Assembly: GCA_009780675.1 (NCBI GenBank)
Contig: WQZP01000001.1
Location: 6,327-70,326 of the forward strand
Source of the DNA: Spirochaetaceae bacterium
GTDB taxonomy: Bacteria; Spirochaetota; Spirochaetia; CADAEX01
Reading direction: 5' to 3'
Length of the DNA: 64,000 bases
Shown: piece by piece, positions 39,001 to 48,837 of the stretch
Layout of the letters: every line of letters begins with the position of its first letter
How positions within the stretch are numbered: the stretch's first letter is position 1
The notes under the pieces: generated by a model
Database searches by the model: none
Told to the model about the DNA's origin: nothing
Seen by the model: the letters and a program-made list of their open reading frames with translations, nothing else
Position numbers and translations under genes: made by a program

Positions 39001-40001
39001 TGCAGATTGACTGTGTAACCAGTGGCCAAAGCGCAATTGATGTTATTCGCAATGAAAAAGTAATATACGATGCTGTATTCATGGATCATATGATGCCCGA
39101 AATGGATGGAGTGGAAGCTGCCAGAATAATTCGGGAAATTGGAACAGAATACGCTAAAAATGTGCCTATAATAGCTCTTACTGCCAATGCTGTTGTAGGA
39201 AGTGAAAAAATGTTTTTAAGCAAAGGTTTTCAGGCTTTTATATCCAAACCAATTGAAATGGAGCGCCTTGACGCAGTTATTATGGAGTGGCTGTGGAATA
39301 AGGAAAAAGATGCAGAGCTGGCAGCGAATATTGATCAACGTATTGGGGATGAAAAAACAGATTTGGATATTCGCAGCAAGCAGGATAGTAACGTTATTCC
39401 GGGCAGGAATAGCGAAATTGACAGGTATAGGGTAGGCAATACTATTGCTGGTATTGATATGGCCAGAGGGATAATGCTTTTTGAAAACAGCGAGGCGAAT
39501 TTTCAAAAAATCCTGCATTCATTTGCAGTAAATACCAGGCCGCTTCTTGAGATAATTAAGGATGTGGATGAAAATAGTCTTGATGAATATGCTGTGGCTG
39601 TTCACGGGATAAAGGGTTCTGCACGCGGTATATGCGCAAGTATTTTAGGTAACAGGGCAGAGGGTTTGGAAAATGCTGCCAAGGTCGGAGATTTAGAGCT
39701 TGTGAAAGCCATCAATCCTTATTTTCTTGAAAATGTACTTCAGCTTATTGCAGATATTGAGAACTATTTGGATAAAGTGAAAGTGGTAAGCAATAAGCCT
39801 AAAAAGGAGAAGCTGGAAAAGGAAGAATTGGCCAGGCTTCTTGTTGCTTGCGAAAATTATAATATCAGCGAAATAGATGCAGTTATGGCAGATATTGAGA
39901 GCTACGAATACGAATTTGATGATGGCCTTGCGATCTGGCTGCGGGAGAACGTGGATCAAATGAATTATACAGAAATTATTGAAAAACTTTCATTTTTATA
40001 A
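36069..40001 (+). CDS. Hybrid sensor histidine kinase/response regulator: periplasmic sensor, TM, HAMP, PAS, GAF, HisKA, HATPase_c, REC, HPt (true start probably upstream; see findings)
   Basis: H-box FLANISHEMRTPLNAVIG. N/G boxes LNNLLSNAFKYT and GTGLGLSITKKIVEMMGG. REC VLVVDDVMTNLD...FMDHMMPEMDG...IIALTANA. C-terminal HPt HGIKGSARG. Confidence 0.85.
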   Translation: MFLLVALFFISEINRRDSENRALLYSIRAADKFHSHLIYDLALVQKIAHSNTVLNWFTDERDNEKKLAAYHDIMGYFNVFEDGYLYFVINETLNKYYISNELIFSDFLPFARLNPVSRDDFWYFESIENESDYLLEIGVDKNTNIWKLWINHKIKKDGEILGVLRSVLPIQSLFDDMFFHHVNKDNWGYIIDKHGAVIKGSIYSENFNREERRYIHDVLNYPALVSVIERYLKNIDSYFIDNDAQARVVKLTRWGNRYAALSPVTGSTWSIVIFYNSKSQTGISDIAKLIPFLLLMLFVLILYTSARSMIIKKHIFLPLNTMRESISESKTGNTAIYGVDRDDEIGMLARSIKEMQDSIIAQSDDIRKAYDFTRLVLDEMPLCFQLWDKNLKILDCNTEAVKTFFLNSKQEFIEKFWNFNPTYQQDGTLSSERVTTYMKKAFEKGKCNFKWIHRLPDNTLLQMDVHLVRLSMEDDYVVVSYAKNLQEYYRIIKEIQRQDSLLKTVNSASTILLQSEPEEFESNLHNCMGMIAHVVHADRISIWKSQIVDEDLCCKKLYEWSGTTDLVQGSDLIPYKNVPGWQETLSNGLCIKNIVRDMPPKEQAYLLPQGILSILVEPVFVRDKFWGFVAFDNCHAERIFTESEESILRSASLLITNALLRSEMTLDIRASSIQLESALKKAQEANNVKNNFLANISHEMRTPLNAVIGLARIILTDNLQKDEFQPIIEKIYKSAVDLLALINDILDISKIEVGRLTLILAEYDLISLINDSIIQSSIHLEGKPIKFALDVREDLHVALCGDATRIKQILNNLLSNAFKYTRKGVVKLSISDERDGDNSWLTICVRDTGVGIREEDIGSLFKEYSQIELESNRKIEGTGLGLSITKKIVEMMGGTISVESEYGKGSVFTVRLMQKLVSDSTLGPQAKEKLENFCYETNKYDLDFKTEYIKLPYARVLVVDDVMTNLDVAKGMMSPYGMQIDCVTSGQSAIDVIRNEKVIYDAVFMDHMMPEMDGVEAARIIREIGTEYAKNVPIIALTANAVVGSEKMFLSKGFQAFISKPIEMERLDAVIMEWLWNKEKDAELAANIDQRIGDEKTDLDIRSKQDSNVIPGRNSEIDRYRVGNTIAGIDMARGIMLFENSEANFQKILHSFAVNTRPLLEIIKDVDENSLDEYAVAVHGIKGSARGICASILGNRAEGLENAAKVGDLELVKAINPYFLENVLQLIADIENYLDKVKVVSNKPKKEKLEKEELARLLVACENYNISEIDAVMADIESYEYEFDDGLAIWLRENVDQMNYTEIIEKLSFL

Positions 40002-40022
40002 AACTGGTATTTTATTTCACTG

Positions 40023-40586
40023 TTATTTTAGCAGTTTTGGCGCAACACCAATGGTACCACCCTTAAGGGTTGAGACATCATTGGTAATGATCATTGCAGA
40101 GCTTTCAAGGTTGTGAATTTCATTAATGATTTCTTCACTGCCCTTGCGGTTGGCGAAGATCATAAGCACTGTTTTTTCAGAATCACGGCCTTGAGCATCC
40201 ATGGTAGTAACTGCGTACCCTTTTTGGCGCAGAGCTCTAACCAATGAGCTGGATTTTTCTTTTGAGATAATTGTCTGGATCAACACCTGCCCCATACCAA
40301 TGTGACTTTCTATGACAGAACCCAGATAGACCCCAATAGAAAAAGCAATGCTGTACACAATAGCTTTTATTGGCGCTTCGAGTATACCTATGATAACCTT
40401 GGTAACAATAAAGACCCACAGCAATACTTCAATAAACGAGAGCACTGTCCCTTGTGTCCTGTGTCCCTTATTTATAAAAATAATCCGCAATGTAGAGATT
40501 GCAACTTCAGTGATTTTGAAAATAAAAATAATGAATAATTCAAGGGGGGATGCAGCTGTCAAAAATTTTACAATATGCTCTAGCAT
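40023..40586 (-). CDS. UPF0316/DUF2179-family membrane protein
   Basis: N-terminal TM helices and the C-terminal DUF2179-like soluble domain (GYAVTTMDAQGR). Confidence 0.45.
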   Translation of the reverse strand: MLEHIVKFLTAASPLELFIIFIFKITEVAISTLRIIFINKGHRTQGTVLSFIEVLLWVFIVTKVIIGILEAPIKAIVYSIAFSIGVYLGSVIESHIGMGQVLIQTIISKEKSSSLVRALRQKGYAVTTMDAQGRDSEKTVLMIFANRKGSEEIINEIHNLESSAMIITNDVSTLKGGTIGVAPKLLK

Positions 40587-40744
40587 AAGAGAAATTATAG
40601 CGTATCAAAAAATAAATATCAATGCCTCTTTGCACAGAAGAACTCTGTAGGAGGCTAATTAGTTTTATGAATGACTTTACGAAATACTGGATATTATAGT
40701 AAAATAAAATTAATAAGTATGAATAAGAAAAGGATATTTTAATT

Positions 40745-41050
40745 ATGGCAATAGTAGCAGTGAATGTGGTCCCCATAGGAGTTGGACCGAGTGTTAGCAG
40801 TTATGTAGCAGCAGCAGAGAAAGCAATTCTGGATCGCCCTAATATCAAGCATCAGGCTGGACCGATGTTTACAACCCTGGAGGGAGATTTAGACGAAATC
40901 ATGGCTGCAATCCGCGATATGCAGGAAGCGGTTTTTGCAGCAGGAGCTGTACGGGTAGGTACCACTATAAAAATCGATGACCGGCGCGATAAAAAAGCTA
41001 CTATGGATAGTAAAATGGCTTCTTTGAACGCAAAAATAGAAATTAAGTAG
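40745..41050 (+). CDS. MTH1187/YkoF (UPF0045) family protein
   Basis: IVAVNVVPIGVGPSVSSYVAAAEKAI...PMFTTLEG matches the UPF0045 fold signature. Confidence 0.55.
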   Translation: MAIVAVNVVPIGVGPSVSSYVAAAEKAILDRPNIKHQAGPMFTTLEGDLDEIMAAIRDMQEAVFAAGAVRVGTTIKIDDRRDKKATMDSKMASLNAKIEIK

Positions 41051-41078
41051 AGCCTGCAGTCTTCGCGCACTGCAGGCT
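41051..41078. terminator. Perfect 10-bp hairpin (agcctgcagt/actgcaggct) between convergent genes
   Basis: Exact inverted repeat with an 8-nt loop. Confidence 0.45.
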
Positions 41079-41128
41079 GGCAGCGCGCTCACGGGCACTG
41101 CCAGATATCGTATGACGATTGGGAAGTT

Positions 41129-43219
41129 TTACTCCGAAGCAACTGTTGTCCCTCTTCTTGCTTTTGCTTCATTGATAATGGTTTCTGCGATTTTTCCGGA
41201 AATAGGGGAGTAGTGGTCAAACTCAACTTCAAAAGAGCCTGTTCCCGAAGTAATGGATTTTAAATCTATTGCATATTTCAGCAACTCTGCTTCGGGGACT
41301 TCTGCCTTTATCTCCTGAATTCCGCCGCCAATAGAATCCTGACCAAGAACTTTGCCCCTGCGCGAACTTAGGTCAGAAAGAACATCACCGATATATTGAT
41401 CATCACTATAAACAGTAAGTTTCATTATAGGTTCAAGAAGAGTGGGCGAAGCTTTTTCAAGCACAGCTTTAAGACACCCTTTTGCCGCGAGTTTGAATGA
41501 CATTTCAGAAGAGTCTACATCATGCTCTTTCCCGTCAAAAAGATTTACTTCAATATCTACAACAGGATACCATGCGAGAACCCCTTCCAGCATCCCTTCT
41601 GCAATACCTTTTTCTATTCCTGGAATATAACCTTTTGAAACAGCGCCGCCTTTTATTGTATTAATAAAAGAGAGATGTTTTCCCCGCTCAATTGGAGAAA
41701 TTTCAAAATGCACTTCTCCAAACTGACCGTGCCCTCCGGACTGTTTTTTATGTCTGTAACTGCCCGAAGCTTTTTTTGTTACTGTCTCCCGGTATGCGAC
41801 TTGAGGAGGTTTTGTGTTGACCTCGATTTTCTGTTTTTCTTTTAATTTATTCAAAATCATATTTATATGGAGCTCGCCCATTCCTGATATTATTGATTCT
41901 TTTGTTTCGGAATTAAATTTGATCTGGAATGTTAAGTCTTCTTCCGCAACTTTATGCAGAAACAGGTTTACTTTATCTTCATCCTTTTTGCTTTCCGCAG
42001 AGACGCATATTGAATAGATAGGATGTGGAATTCTCATGTGTCTGTATGGCTCTGGATTGTCATGCGTGCGAAGTGTGTCATTTGTAATTGCAGCAGGAAG
42101 TTTTATTGCAATACCTATATCTCCTGCGCTAAGTTCTTTAACTTCTTCCAGCTTTTTCCCCAAAGTTGTAAAAATTTTCCCAACTTTTTCTTTTTTGCTT
42201 TCACGGGGGTTATACAACTCTGTATCTGTTTTAATAACACCTGTTATAACTTTGATATAAGAAAGTTTACCTGAAAACTGATCAATACTTGTTTTAAAAA
42301 CAAATAACGATGGAGAAGCAGAAGAATCTATTGTAATTTCTCTTTCGGTTCCATCATCTTTTTTAATGTCCTCTTTTCTTATATTTGGTGTTGGAGATAC
42401 AGACTCTATAAAATTAAGAAGAGAAGCTATGCCTGAGTTTTGTGTTGCAGTTCCGCAAAGCACAGGGATTATTTTATTGTTGCTTAATCCCGATATAAGT
42501 CCGGTAATTATCTCTTCATTTGTAAGTGTTCCGTTTTCAAGATATTTTTCGGTTATTGAATCATCGCCTTCTGCTGCTGCTTCCATCATCAAAGCTTTAT
42601 ATTCTTCTACTTCTTTAGCCATATCTGGAGGAATTGCAGAACTTTCTTCTTTTTTTCCGCTTTCGGGTATTAAATATGCTTTTCCTTCAAGCAAATTTAC
42701 AATGCCTTTATATGCTGCTCCAACCCCTATAGGAATTGCGATAGGTACAAATGTTTTTTGAAATTTTGTTTTTAAATCATCAAAAGTTGCCTTGAAATCT
42801 GCTCTTTCTTTATCGCATTTATTGATAAAGATGAGTCTGGCCATATTTCTTTTATCAAGATTTCTCCACAATTTTATTGTTTCGATTTGGACTCCTGCGT
42901 CACACCCTACAACTACCAGCGCAGACTGGCATGCCCTAAAACCAGAGATTACTTCTCCTATAAAGTCACCAGATCCTGGAGTATCTATAAAATTAAGCTT
43001 TTTTTTATTCCATTCAATATTTGAAAGAGTAGAATAGATAGAAATTTTCTTTTCAATTTCTTCTTCTGCATAATCGCTTACAGTTCTTCCATTTTCAATT
43101 GTTTCAGCTTTGGCTATTTTTCCCCCTGTAAATAAGATATTTTCAAGAAGTGTTGTTTTTCCAGTGCTTACATGTCCAATAATAACTGTATTTTTGATAG
43201 AATCGGTAGAATAACTCAT
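41129..43219 (-). CDS. Elongation factor G family GTPase (EF-G paralog)
   Basis: G1 motif GHVSTGKTT, DTPG, NKCD, and EF-G domains II-V. The 696-aa length fits EF-G. Confidence 0.85.
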   Translation of the reverse strand: MSYSTDSIKNTVIIGHVSTGKTTLLENILFTGGKIAKAETIENGRTVSDYAEEEIEKKISIYSTLSNIEWNKKKLNFIDTPGSGDFIGEVISGFRACQSALVVVGCDAGVQIETIKLWRNLDKRNMARLIFINKCDKERADFKATFDDLKTKFQKTFVPIAIPIGVGAAYKGIVNLLEGKAYLIPESGKKEESSAIPPDMAKEVEEYKALMMEAAAEGDDSITEKYLENGTLTNEEIITGLISGLSNNKIIPVLCGTATQNSGIASLLNFIESVSPTPNIRKEDIKKDDGTEREITIDSSASPSLFVFKTSIDQFSGKLSYIKVITGVIKTDTELYNPRESKKEKVGKIFTTLGKKLEEVKELSAGDIGIAIKLPAAITNDTLRTHDNPEPYRHMRIPHPIYSICVSAESKKDEDKVNLFLHKVAEEDLTFQIKFNSETKESIISGMGELHINMILNKLKEKQKIEVNTKPPQVAYRETVTKKASGSYRHKKQSGGHGQFGEVHFEISPIERGKHLSFINTIKGGAVSKGYIPGIEKGIAEGMLEGVLAWYPVVDIEVNLFDGKEHDVDSSEMSFKLAAKGCLKAVLEKASPTLLEPIMKLTVYSDDQYIGDVLSDLSSRRGKVLGQDSIGGGIQEIKAEVPEAELLKYAIDLKSITSGTGSFEVEFDHYSPISGKIAETIINEAKARRGTTVASE

Positions 43220-43475
43220 ATAAGAAGGCTCCTCTGTGCTTTGATGAGATTGTCAATTCAATTTTATAATGATAACTTTGGTATTTTCTGTTGTCAACAA
43301 AAATTCTTTGGCAAAAATTCTACGACGTGGGCGCCCATTGAGGATGCTGCCAGGCGATTTTGCGCAACTTGGCGTTCCAGCAGCCATTTTTTTCAATGAA
43401 AATGTGAAAAAAGGTTGTTTTTTAAAAATAATCTGTGCTTTTTCGGTAATCTGCGGACTATTTCCCTGCCAGAAG

Positions 43476-44423
43476 TTACACGTTAAGTTTTTCCAGTAAT
43501 CTAATTATCTCAAGGCAAAAATGTCTGCTCACTTCTCTTTTTCCTGATTCGGACAGGGAAACATTATGATAATAATCATATTCTTTTTTAAGCCATTCTT
43601 TGATTTTTCCATCAAAAACTTTTATTGTCCGAACTGTTTCAAGTATTTTGAATTTTTCCCTGTCTGCAAAGTTAAATGTTACTTTGATTCTGTCTGATAT
43701 TTCTGCCTGTTTCTTTAAAAGCTCAACTATTGGTGAAAAATCATAAGTTTCAAAAATATGCAGCTTTTTTGAATTTTCCTGCATACCATCTGTTTCTTTT
43801 TTTAGAGCTTTGTAACTTGTTACAAGTTTTGATAATATGTCATTTATTGCATCTTTAGAGTTGGTTCTGAAATTTTCCTGTTTATCTGGAGGCAAATTTG
43901 GCAAGATTTTTTTAATTGATTCAAGCTCTTTTTTATATTTTTGCACCTGGATAAGTATATTTGTTACATTTTTATTTGATTTTAGGTCTGGCTGCGCTTT
44001 TATTTCATCTTGTATTTCTTTTACGATTTCACCAACTTTTGCAACACTATAATTTTTTTCTATTTCATCTTCTTCTTTGTCTTTATCTTGATCGAGCAAT
44101 ACTTTTGGTTTTATAACTTTTTTTGATATTAATCTTTGCAATAATATTACATAAGTAAGGCAATTGATATTATTTGCTACTTCTTTTAATAATGGGATAG
44201 CTGTTGAGTCAAAATTTAGCGAATTTATAATGGAAAATGGCTTTTCAAATGCTTTTTTCTTATATTCGATTATACCATCTTCAACAGATTCGTGAAGTTT
44301 TAGGATAGTATTCTTTATTTCTACATCACTAAGTTTAAAATAGTCTCTTAAATGTGTAATATTTTCAGTATTTGACTTAATTTCAAACCAGCTACCAATT
44401 ATTTCTTTTTCAAGTTCTGACAT
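43476..44423 (-). CDS. Hypothetical Lys/Glu-rich, coiled-coil-like protein
   Basis: ORF only. No motifs recognised. Confidence 0.35.
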   Translation of the reverse strand: MSELEKEIIGSWFEIKSNTENITHLRDYFKLSDVEIKNTILKLHESVEDGIIEYKKKAFEKPFSIINSLNFDSTAIPLLKEVANNINCLTYVILLQRLISKKVIKPKVLLDQDKDKEEDEIEKNYSVAKVGEIVKEIQDEIKAQPDLKSNKNVTNILIQVQKYKKELESIKKILPNLPPDKQENFRTNSKDAINDILSKLVTSYKALKKETDGMQENSKKLHIFETYDFSPIVELLKKQAEISDRIKVTFNFADREKFKILETVRTIKVFDGKIKEWLKKEYDYYHNVSLSESGKREVSRHFCLEIIRLLEKLNV

Positions 44424-44745
44424 TGTTTAATAATTATATACTGTTTTATAAAAAATCAATCATCATGGCATTGATAAATATTTTTTTTTGAATTAATTGT
44501 AACAGGATTTTGTAACTCTTTTGGCTTGGGCTTGTTTGTATTAGTGTGGAAAGTTTAACTTTTCCATATTACCTCCTTTTATAAATAATCCCCGGCTGGT
44601 TTTTTCTCCTTTTTCCGGCTGGGGGTTTTTTTTTAGTTTTTGGGCTGCGATAACACCCTATTGCTGACCAGCCCTTAAGGTAAGGAATTGGGCGTTGCAC
44701 AGGGAGGCCGATTAAAGCGCAGATGGAGCCGGAAAAATATATAAA

Positions 44746-46326
44746 CTATCTGAAAAGAGCGCTATAAGCATCAAGAACAGGATTTTCCTGAGCTCCTGCT
44801 AACACTTTGTTTGCCAGTTTTTTCCCAAGCTGCACCCCTTCCTGGTCAAATGAGTTTATATTCCATAAAAATCCCTGAAACATTGTTCTGTTTTCAAAAT
44901 GAGCTAATAGTGACCCTAGTGTTTCAGGTATTAGTTTTTGACCTATAAGGATATCTGAGTTCCTTCCTCCAGGGAAGTTTTTATTAGGGTTATCATCCTT
45001 ATGCCCAATCGCAAAAGCTGTTATTTGCGCTGCGAGGTTTGCATTAAGCTTTTTCTGGCAAGTGCTTCCTTGAAAATCAACATCATTAAGTTGTTGCGAC
45101 TCTTTAAATCCTATAAATTTTAGAGGGACAATATCTGTTCCCTGATGCAGCATTTGATAAAAAGAGTGTTGTCCATTAGTTCCTGGTTCTCCAAAGATAA
45201 CAGGACTGGTTTCATATTTTAGTAATTTGCCTTTAAAATTTACACTTTTACCATTACTTTCCATTATAAGCTGCTGCAAATGCGCAGGAAAACGGGAAAG
45301 AGCCTGGCTATAGGGCAATATTGCTTCGGTTGTTGTTTTAAGTATATTTCTGTCATAAACAGATAAAAGAGCATCAAGAAGAGGCGCGTTTTTTAATATA
45401 TCATTTTCCAGAGCCATTACATCATTACTATGAGCCCCTTCCAGTAATTTGTTAAATACATCACTCCCAAACGCAAGGCTTAATATAACTCCGCCAACCG
45501 CGCTTGTGGATGAATATCTTCCCCCAATAAAATCATCAATATAAAATGATTTATAAAACTCAAGGGGATTTTCCATGGGACTTCCCTTGCCAGTAACAGC
45601 TATCATGTGCTTTGCAATATCCAAAGACTTGGATTTTGACTTTATAAGGTCTTTTACAAGAGCTGTGTTGGCAAGGGTCTCCTGAGTTGTTCCACTTTTT
45701 GAAACAACTATAAAGAGAGTTGTTTCCGGATTTATGCGCGACATGACATCAGATGCGTCATCTGGGTCTACATTTGATATAAATTCGCAGTTAATTAAAG
45801 GTTTTTGCCCACCGCTTTGCATAAATCCTTTTAAAGCAAGGTAGAGCGCTCTGGGGCCAAGGTCTGATCCCCCAATACCAATTTGCACAGCAGTATCAAA
45901 CTTTGCTCCGCTTGACCCTTTTATTTTCCCGCTATGCACTTTTTCTGCAAAATCAGAAAACCTCTCTATCTGTTTTTTATATAGATTTATTTTTGAAGAA
46001 ACCCCTTTTTTATACTCAACATCATGCACCCCTCTTGTATAGTGGTGGAGCACCATTCTTTTTTCTCCGGGATTCATTATGCTGCCGTGTAAGATTTCTT
46101 TATATTTTTCAATTACCTGCTGCTCATCAGCTAATTGCTGAAAAAGCTTAAGTAGCTTTTTATCCACAGATTTTGCCGAATAATTATAGTCAAGACCAAT
46201 TCCTGTTTTAATATTGTACTTTGATATTCTTTCTGCTGAAAGGATATTTTTTATATCAGGAGTTGGGAAAGATACTAATTCTTTAAATGATTCTGCTTCT
46301 GTAAGATTTTTAAATTTTACACTCAT
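44746..46326 (-). CDS. pgi: Glucose-6-phosphate isomerase (start placed at the ATG with a GGAG RBS; the ORF extends to a GTG at 46338)
   Basis: Long-form PGI signatures (DYSKN-like region, GGRYS, conserved catalytic Glu/His region). Confidence 0.9.
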   Translation of the reverse strand: MSVKFKNLTEAESFKELVSFPTPDIKNILSAERISKYNIKTGIGLDYNYSAKSVDKKLLKLFQQLADEQQVIEKYKEILHGSIMNPGEKRMVLHHYTRGVHDVEYKKGVSSKINLYKKQIERFSDFAEKVHSGKIKGSSGAKFDTAVQIGIGGSDLGPRALYLALKGFMQSGGQKPLINCEFISNVDPDDASDVMSRINPETTLFIVVSKSGTTQETLANTALVKDLIKSKSKSLDIAKHMIAVTGKGSPMENPLEFYKSFYIDDFIGGRYSSTSAVGGVILSLAFGSDVFNKLLEGAHSNDVMALENDILKNAPLLDALLSVYDRNILKTTTEAILPYSQALSRFPAHLQQLIMESNGKSVNFKGKLLKYETSPVIFGEPGTNGQHSFYQMLHQGTDIVPLKFIGFKESQQLNDVDFQGSTCQKKLNANLAAQITAFAIGHKDDNPNKNFPGGRNSDILIGQKLIPETLGSLLAHFENRTMFQGFLWNINSFDQEGVQLGKKLANKVLAGAQENPVLDAYSALFR

Positions 46327-46529
46327 TTTTTTCTCCACAAATTGAATTTTAAGAAAAGACCTGTTAATTATATACTAGTTATAAAAAAATCAAAGTAAAT
46401 TTGTTTATTTATACAGATGAAGGAAGGTTCTTTACTCTATTTGTTTCAGGTTGGAGTTGTATATACTATAAAAATAGTCGAGGAATTTTTCAATTAATTA
46501 TTTGCCATTTTCAGTAATGACAGAGAGCA

Positions 46530-47795
46530 TTAGCTGTTTTTCAATGCCTGATCAATATCTTCGATAATATCATCAGCATCTTCAATCCCAATCGAAAGCC
46601 TTACAAGATCAGGCATAAGCCCTGCTTCTTCTTGCTCCTTTTCCGACATCTGGGAGTGTGTAGTGCTTGCTGGATGTATCGCAAGGGTTTTTATATCCCC
46701 AACATTTGCAACATGAGTTATAAGCTTTAGGCTGTCTATAAATTTTTTGCCGCCTTGCAAACCATTATCGATCCCAAAAACAACCATCCCCCCGAATTTG
46801 CCATTGTAATATTTTGATGCCAAATCCCATGATGGATCGGTTTTTAAACCCGGATAACGCACCCATTTTACTCTTGGATGGTTTTTCAGAAATTCTGCTA
46901 TTTTCATTGCATTCGCGCAATGTTTGTCCATTCTGAGCGGGAGCGTTGCAATCCCCTGGATAAAGAGCCATGCGCTGTCCGGACTTATACATGCTCCAAG
47001 GTTTCTTAGTGGCACAACCCTTAGGCGCGTAATAAAAGGGGGTATTGTTTCGGGGAGAGAACTAAACATCAGATTATTATATGAAGCATCGGGCTTGTTA
47101 TATAATTCAAATTTTTTATCTTTCCAGTCAAATTTTCCTCCATCAACAACAATCCCTCCAAGTCCATTATCATGGCCGCCAATCCATTTTGTAAGAGAAT
47201 GGATCACAATATCTGCTCCGTATTCAAGGGGCCGGAATATGTATGGTGTTGTAAATGTGCTGTCAACTGCCAATGGAATATTATTTTTTTTGGCAACTAC
47301 AGAAATCGCTTTAATGTCAGCAACATCAAGCACAGGATTTCCAATAGTTTCTGTAAAATATAGTTTTGTTTTTGATGTTGTAGCTTTGTCAAAATTTTCA
47401 GGGTTATTCGAATCAACAAAAACAGTTTTTATCCCAAATTCAGGTAAAATGGAGGCAAGCATGGTATATGTTCCGCCATAAAGTTTGCTTGAAGATATGA
47501 TCTCATCACCTTCTTTGCAAATATTTATTATAGTATAAAAAATGGCAGAGGTTCCCGAAGACAGGGCAAGCGCAGCTTTTCCCCCTTCGAGAGCAGCAAC
47601 TCTTTCCTCAAGCACTGCTTGCGTAGGATTCATCATTCTTGAGTATATGTTACCCGGCTTTTTAAGGCTGAAAAGGTCTGCGGCAAAGTCGGTGTTGTCA
47701 AAAACATATGCAGATGTTCTGTATATTGGCACGTTGTCCGAAGAATTATTTGTAGGATAATATCCTGAATGTACTGCTTTTGTAGAAAATTTCAT
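46530..47795 (-). CDS. metY: O-acetylhomoserine/O-acetylserine sulfhydrylase (PLP-dependent Cys/Met metabolism family)
   Basis: PLP-lysine region SLTKWIGGH, and the N-terminal YxxxxNPT motif. Confidence 0.85.
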   Translation of the reverse strand: MKFSTKAVHSGYYPTNNSSDNVPIYRTSAYVFDNTDFAADLFSLKKPGNIYSRMMNPTQAVLEERVAALEGGKAALALSSGTSAIFYTIINICKEGDEIISSSKLYGGTYTMLASILPEFGIKTVFVDSNNPENFDKATTSKTKLYFTETIGNPVLDVADIKAISVVAKKNNIPLAVDSTFTTPYIFRPLEYGADIVIHSLTKWIGGHDNGLGGIVVDGGKFDWKDKKFELYNKPDASYNNLMFSSLPETIPPFITRLRVVPLRNLGACISPDSAWLFIQGIATLPLRMDKHCANAMKIAEFLKNHPRVKWVRYPGLKTDPSWDLASKYYNGKFGGMVVFGIDNGLQGGKKFIDSLKLITHVANVGDIKTLAIHPASTTHSQMSEKEQEEAGLMPDLVRLSIGIEDADDIIEDIDQALKNS

Positions 47796-47847
47796 TTTTT
47801 TTACACCTCGATTTTATTGAATAGGGTCTGTTAATAATGTAGACACA

Positions 47848-48777
47848 TTATGGTTTGGCATTAAATATTCCTGTTGAAAGATATCTTTCTCCGCTATCGC
47901 AAAGAATAGTTACAATAACAAGCCCTTTATTTTTCTCTGATTCTGATATTGCTTTTGCTGCAAAAACATTTGCGCCTGATGAAATACCCACGAATATCCC
48001 TTCTGTTTTTAAAAGAGTGCGGGACATCTCTATTGCATCTCCGCTTTTTACTCTGATTACTTTATCAATAACTGATTTATCAAGGATTTCAGGAATAAAT
48101 CCTGCTCCTATCCCCTGAATACGGTGGATGCCTGCTGCTTCTCCAGACATTACAGATGATTCCTCTGGCTCTATGGCTGCCACTTTTACAGCGCTGTTTT
48201 TCTCTTTGAAATATTTACCGCAGCCCGAAACAGTGCCACCTGTTCCTACTCCAGCAACAAGCCAGTTGATTTTTCCATCAGTATCTTTCCATATCTCTGG
48301 ACCTGTTGTTTTATAATGAGCTTCCATGTTTGATATATTTGAAAACTGCATTGGCATAAAGCTGTTTTTGTTTGAGCTCCTTATTTCCTCTGCTTTTTTT
48401 ATTGCACCTGACATCCCTTCTGCTGCCGGAGTAAGAACAACTTCCGCGCCCATTGCTGCAAGGAGATTTCTCCTTTCAATACTCATTGACTCAGGCATTA
48501 CAAGTATAAGCCTGTATCCTTTTACTGCGCAAACAAGAGCAAGCCCTATTCCTGTATTGCCGCTTGTGGGCTCAACTATTATGCTGTTGGGCTGTAATTT
48601 CCCTTCTTTTTCTGCGTTGTCTATCATAAAAAGAGCAGCTCTGTCTTTAATGCTTGCAGCAGGATTCATGAATTCTGCTTTTGCAAGAACAGTATTTCCT
48701 GTTTCTTGAGATATTTTTTTTAATTTTATTAGCGGTGTTTTTCCAATAATATCTAAAACAGATTCCGCAAATACCAT
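47848..48777 (-). CDS. cysK: Cysteine synthase A (O-acetylserine sulfhydrylase)
   Basis: PLP-binding Lys motif (PAASIKDR) and the EPTSGNTGIGLA glycine loop. The start is placed at the Met with RBS GGAGGAG. Confidence 0.9.
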   Translation of the reverse strand: MVFAESVLDIIGKTPLIKLKKISQETGNTVLAKAEFMNPAASIKDRAALFMIDNAEKEGKLQPNSIIVEPTSGNTGIGLALVCAVKGYRLILVMPESMSIERRNLLAAMGAEVVLTPAAEGMSGAIKKAEEIRSSNKNSFMPMQFSNISNMEAHYKTTGPEIWKDTDGKINWLVAGVGTGGTVSGCGKYFKEKNSAVKVAAIEPEESSVMSGEAAGIHRIQGIGAGFIPEILDKSVIDKVIRVKSGDAIEMSRTLLKTEGIFVGISSGANVFAAKAISESEKNKGLVIVTILCDSGERYLSTGIFNAKP

Positions 48778-48837
48778 TACTCCTCCGGTATGTGCTAACA
48801 TCAGACTGAAAAAAATCGAAATCAGGTCTAATAATTA

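Noticed and set aside
43172-43499. Two overlapping small plus-strand ORFs (75 and 76 aa) in the EF-G upstream spacer
   Set aside because: They overlap each other in different frames inside a promoter region. There is no RBS or motif support. A slightly GC-richer patch is noted, but the evidence is insufficient to call a gene or sRNA.
44560-44650. Apparent intrinsic terminator (GC stretch followed by T9) at ccccggctgg...ccggctgggggttttttttt
   Set aside because: The two GC-rich segments are direct repeats, not inverted ones, so they cannot form the stem of a rho-independent terminator.
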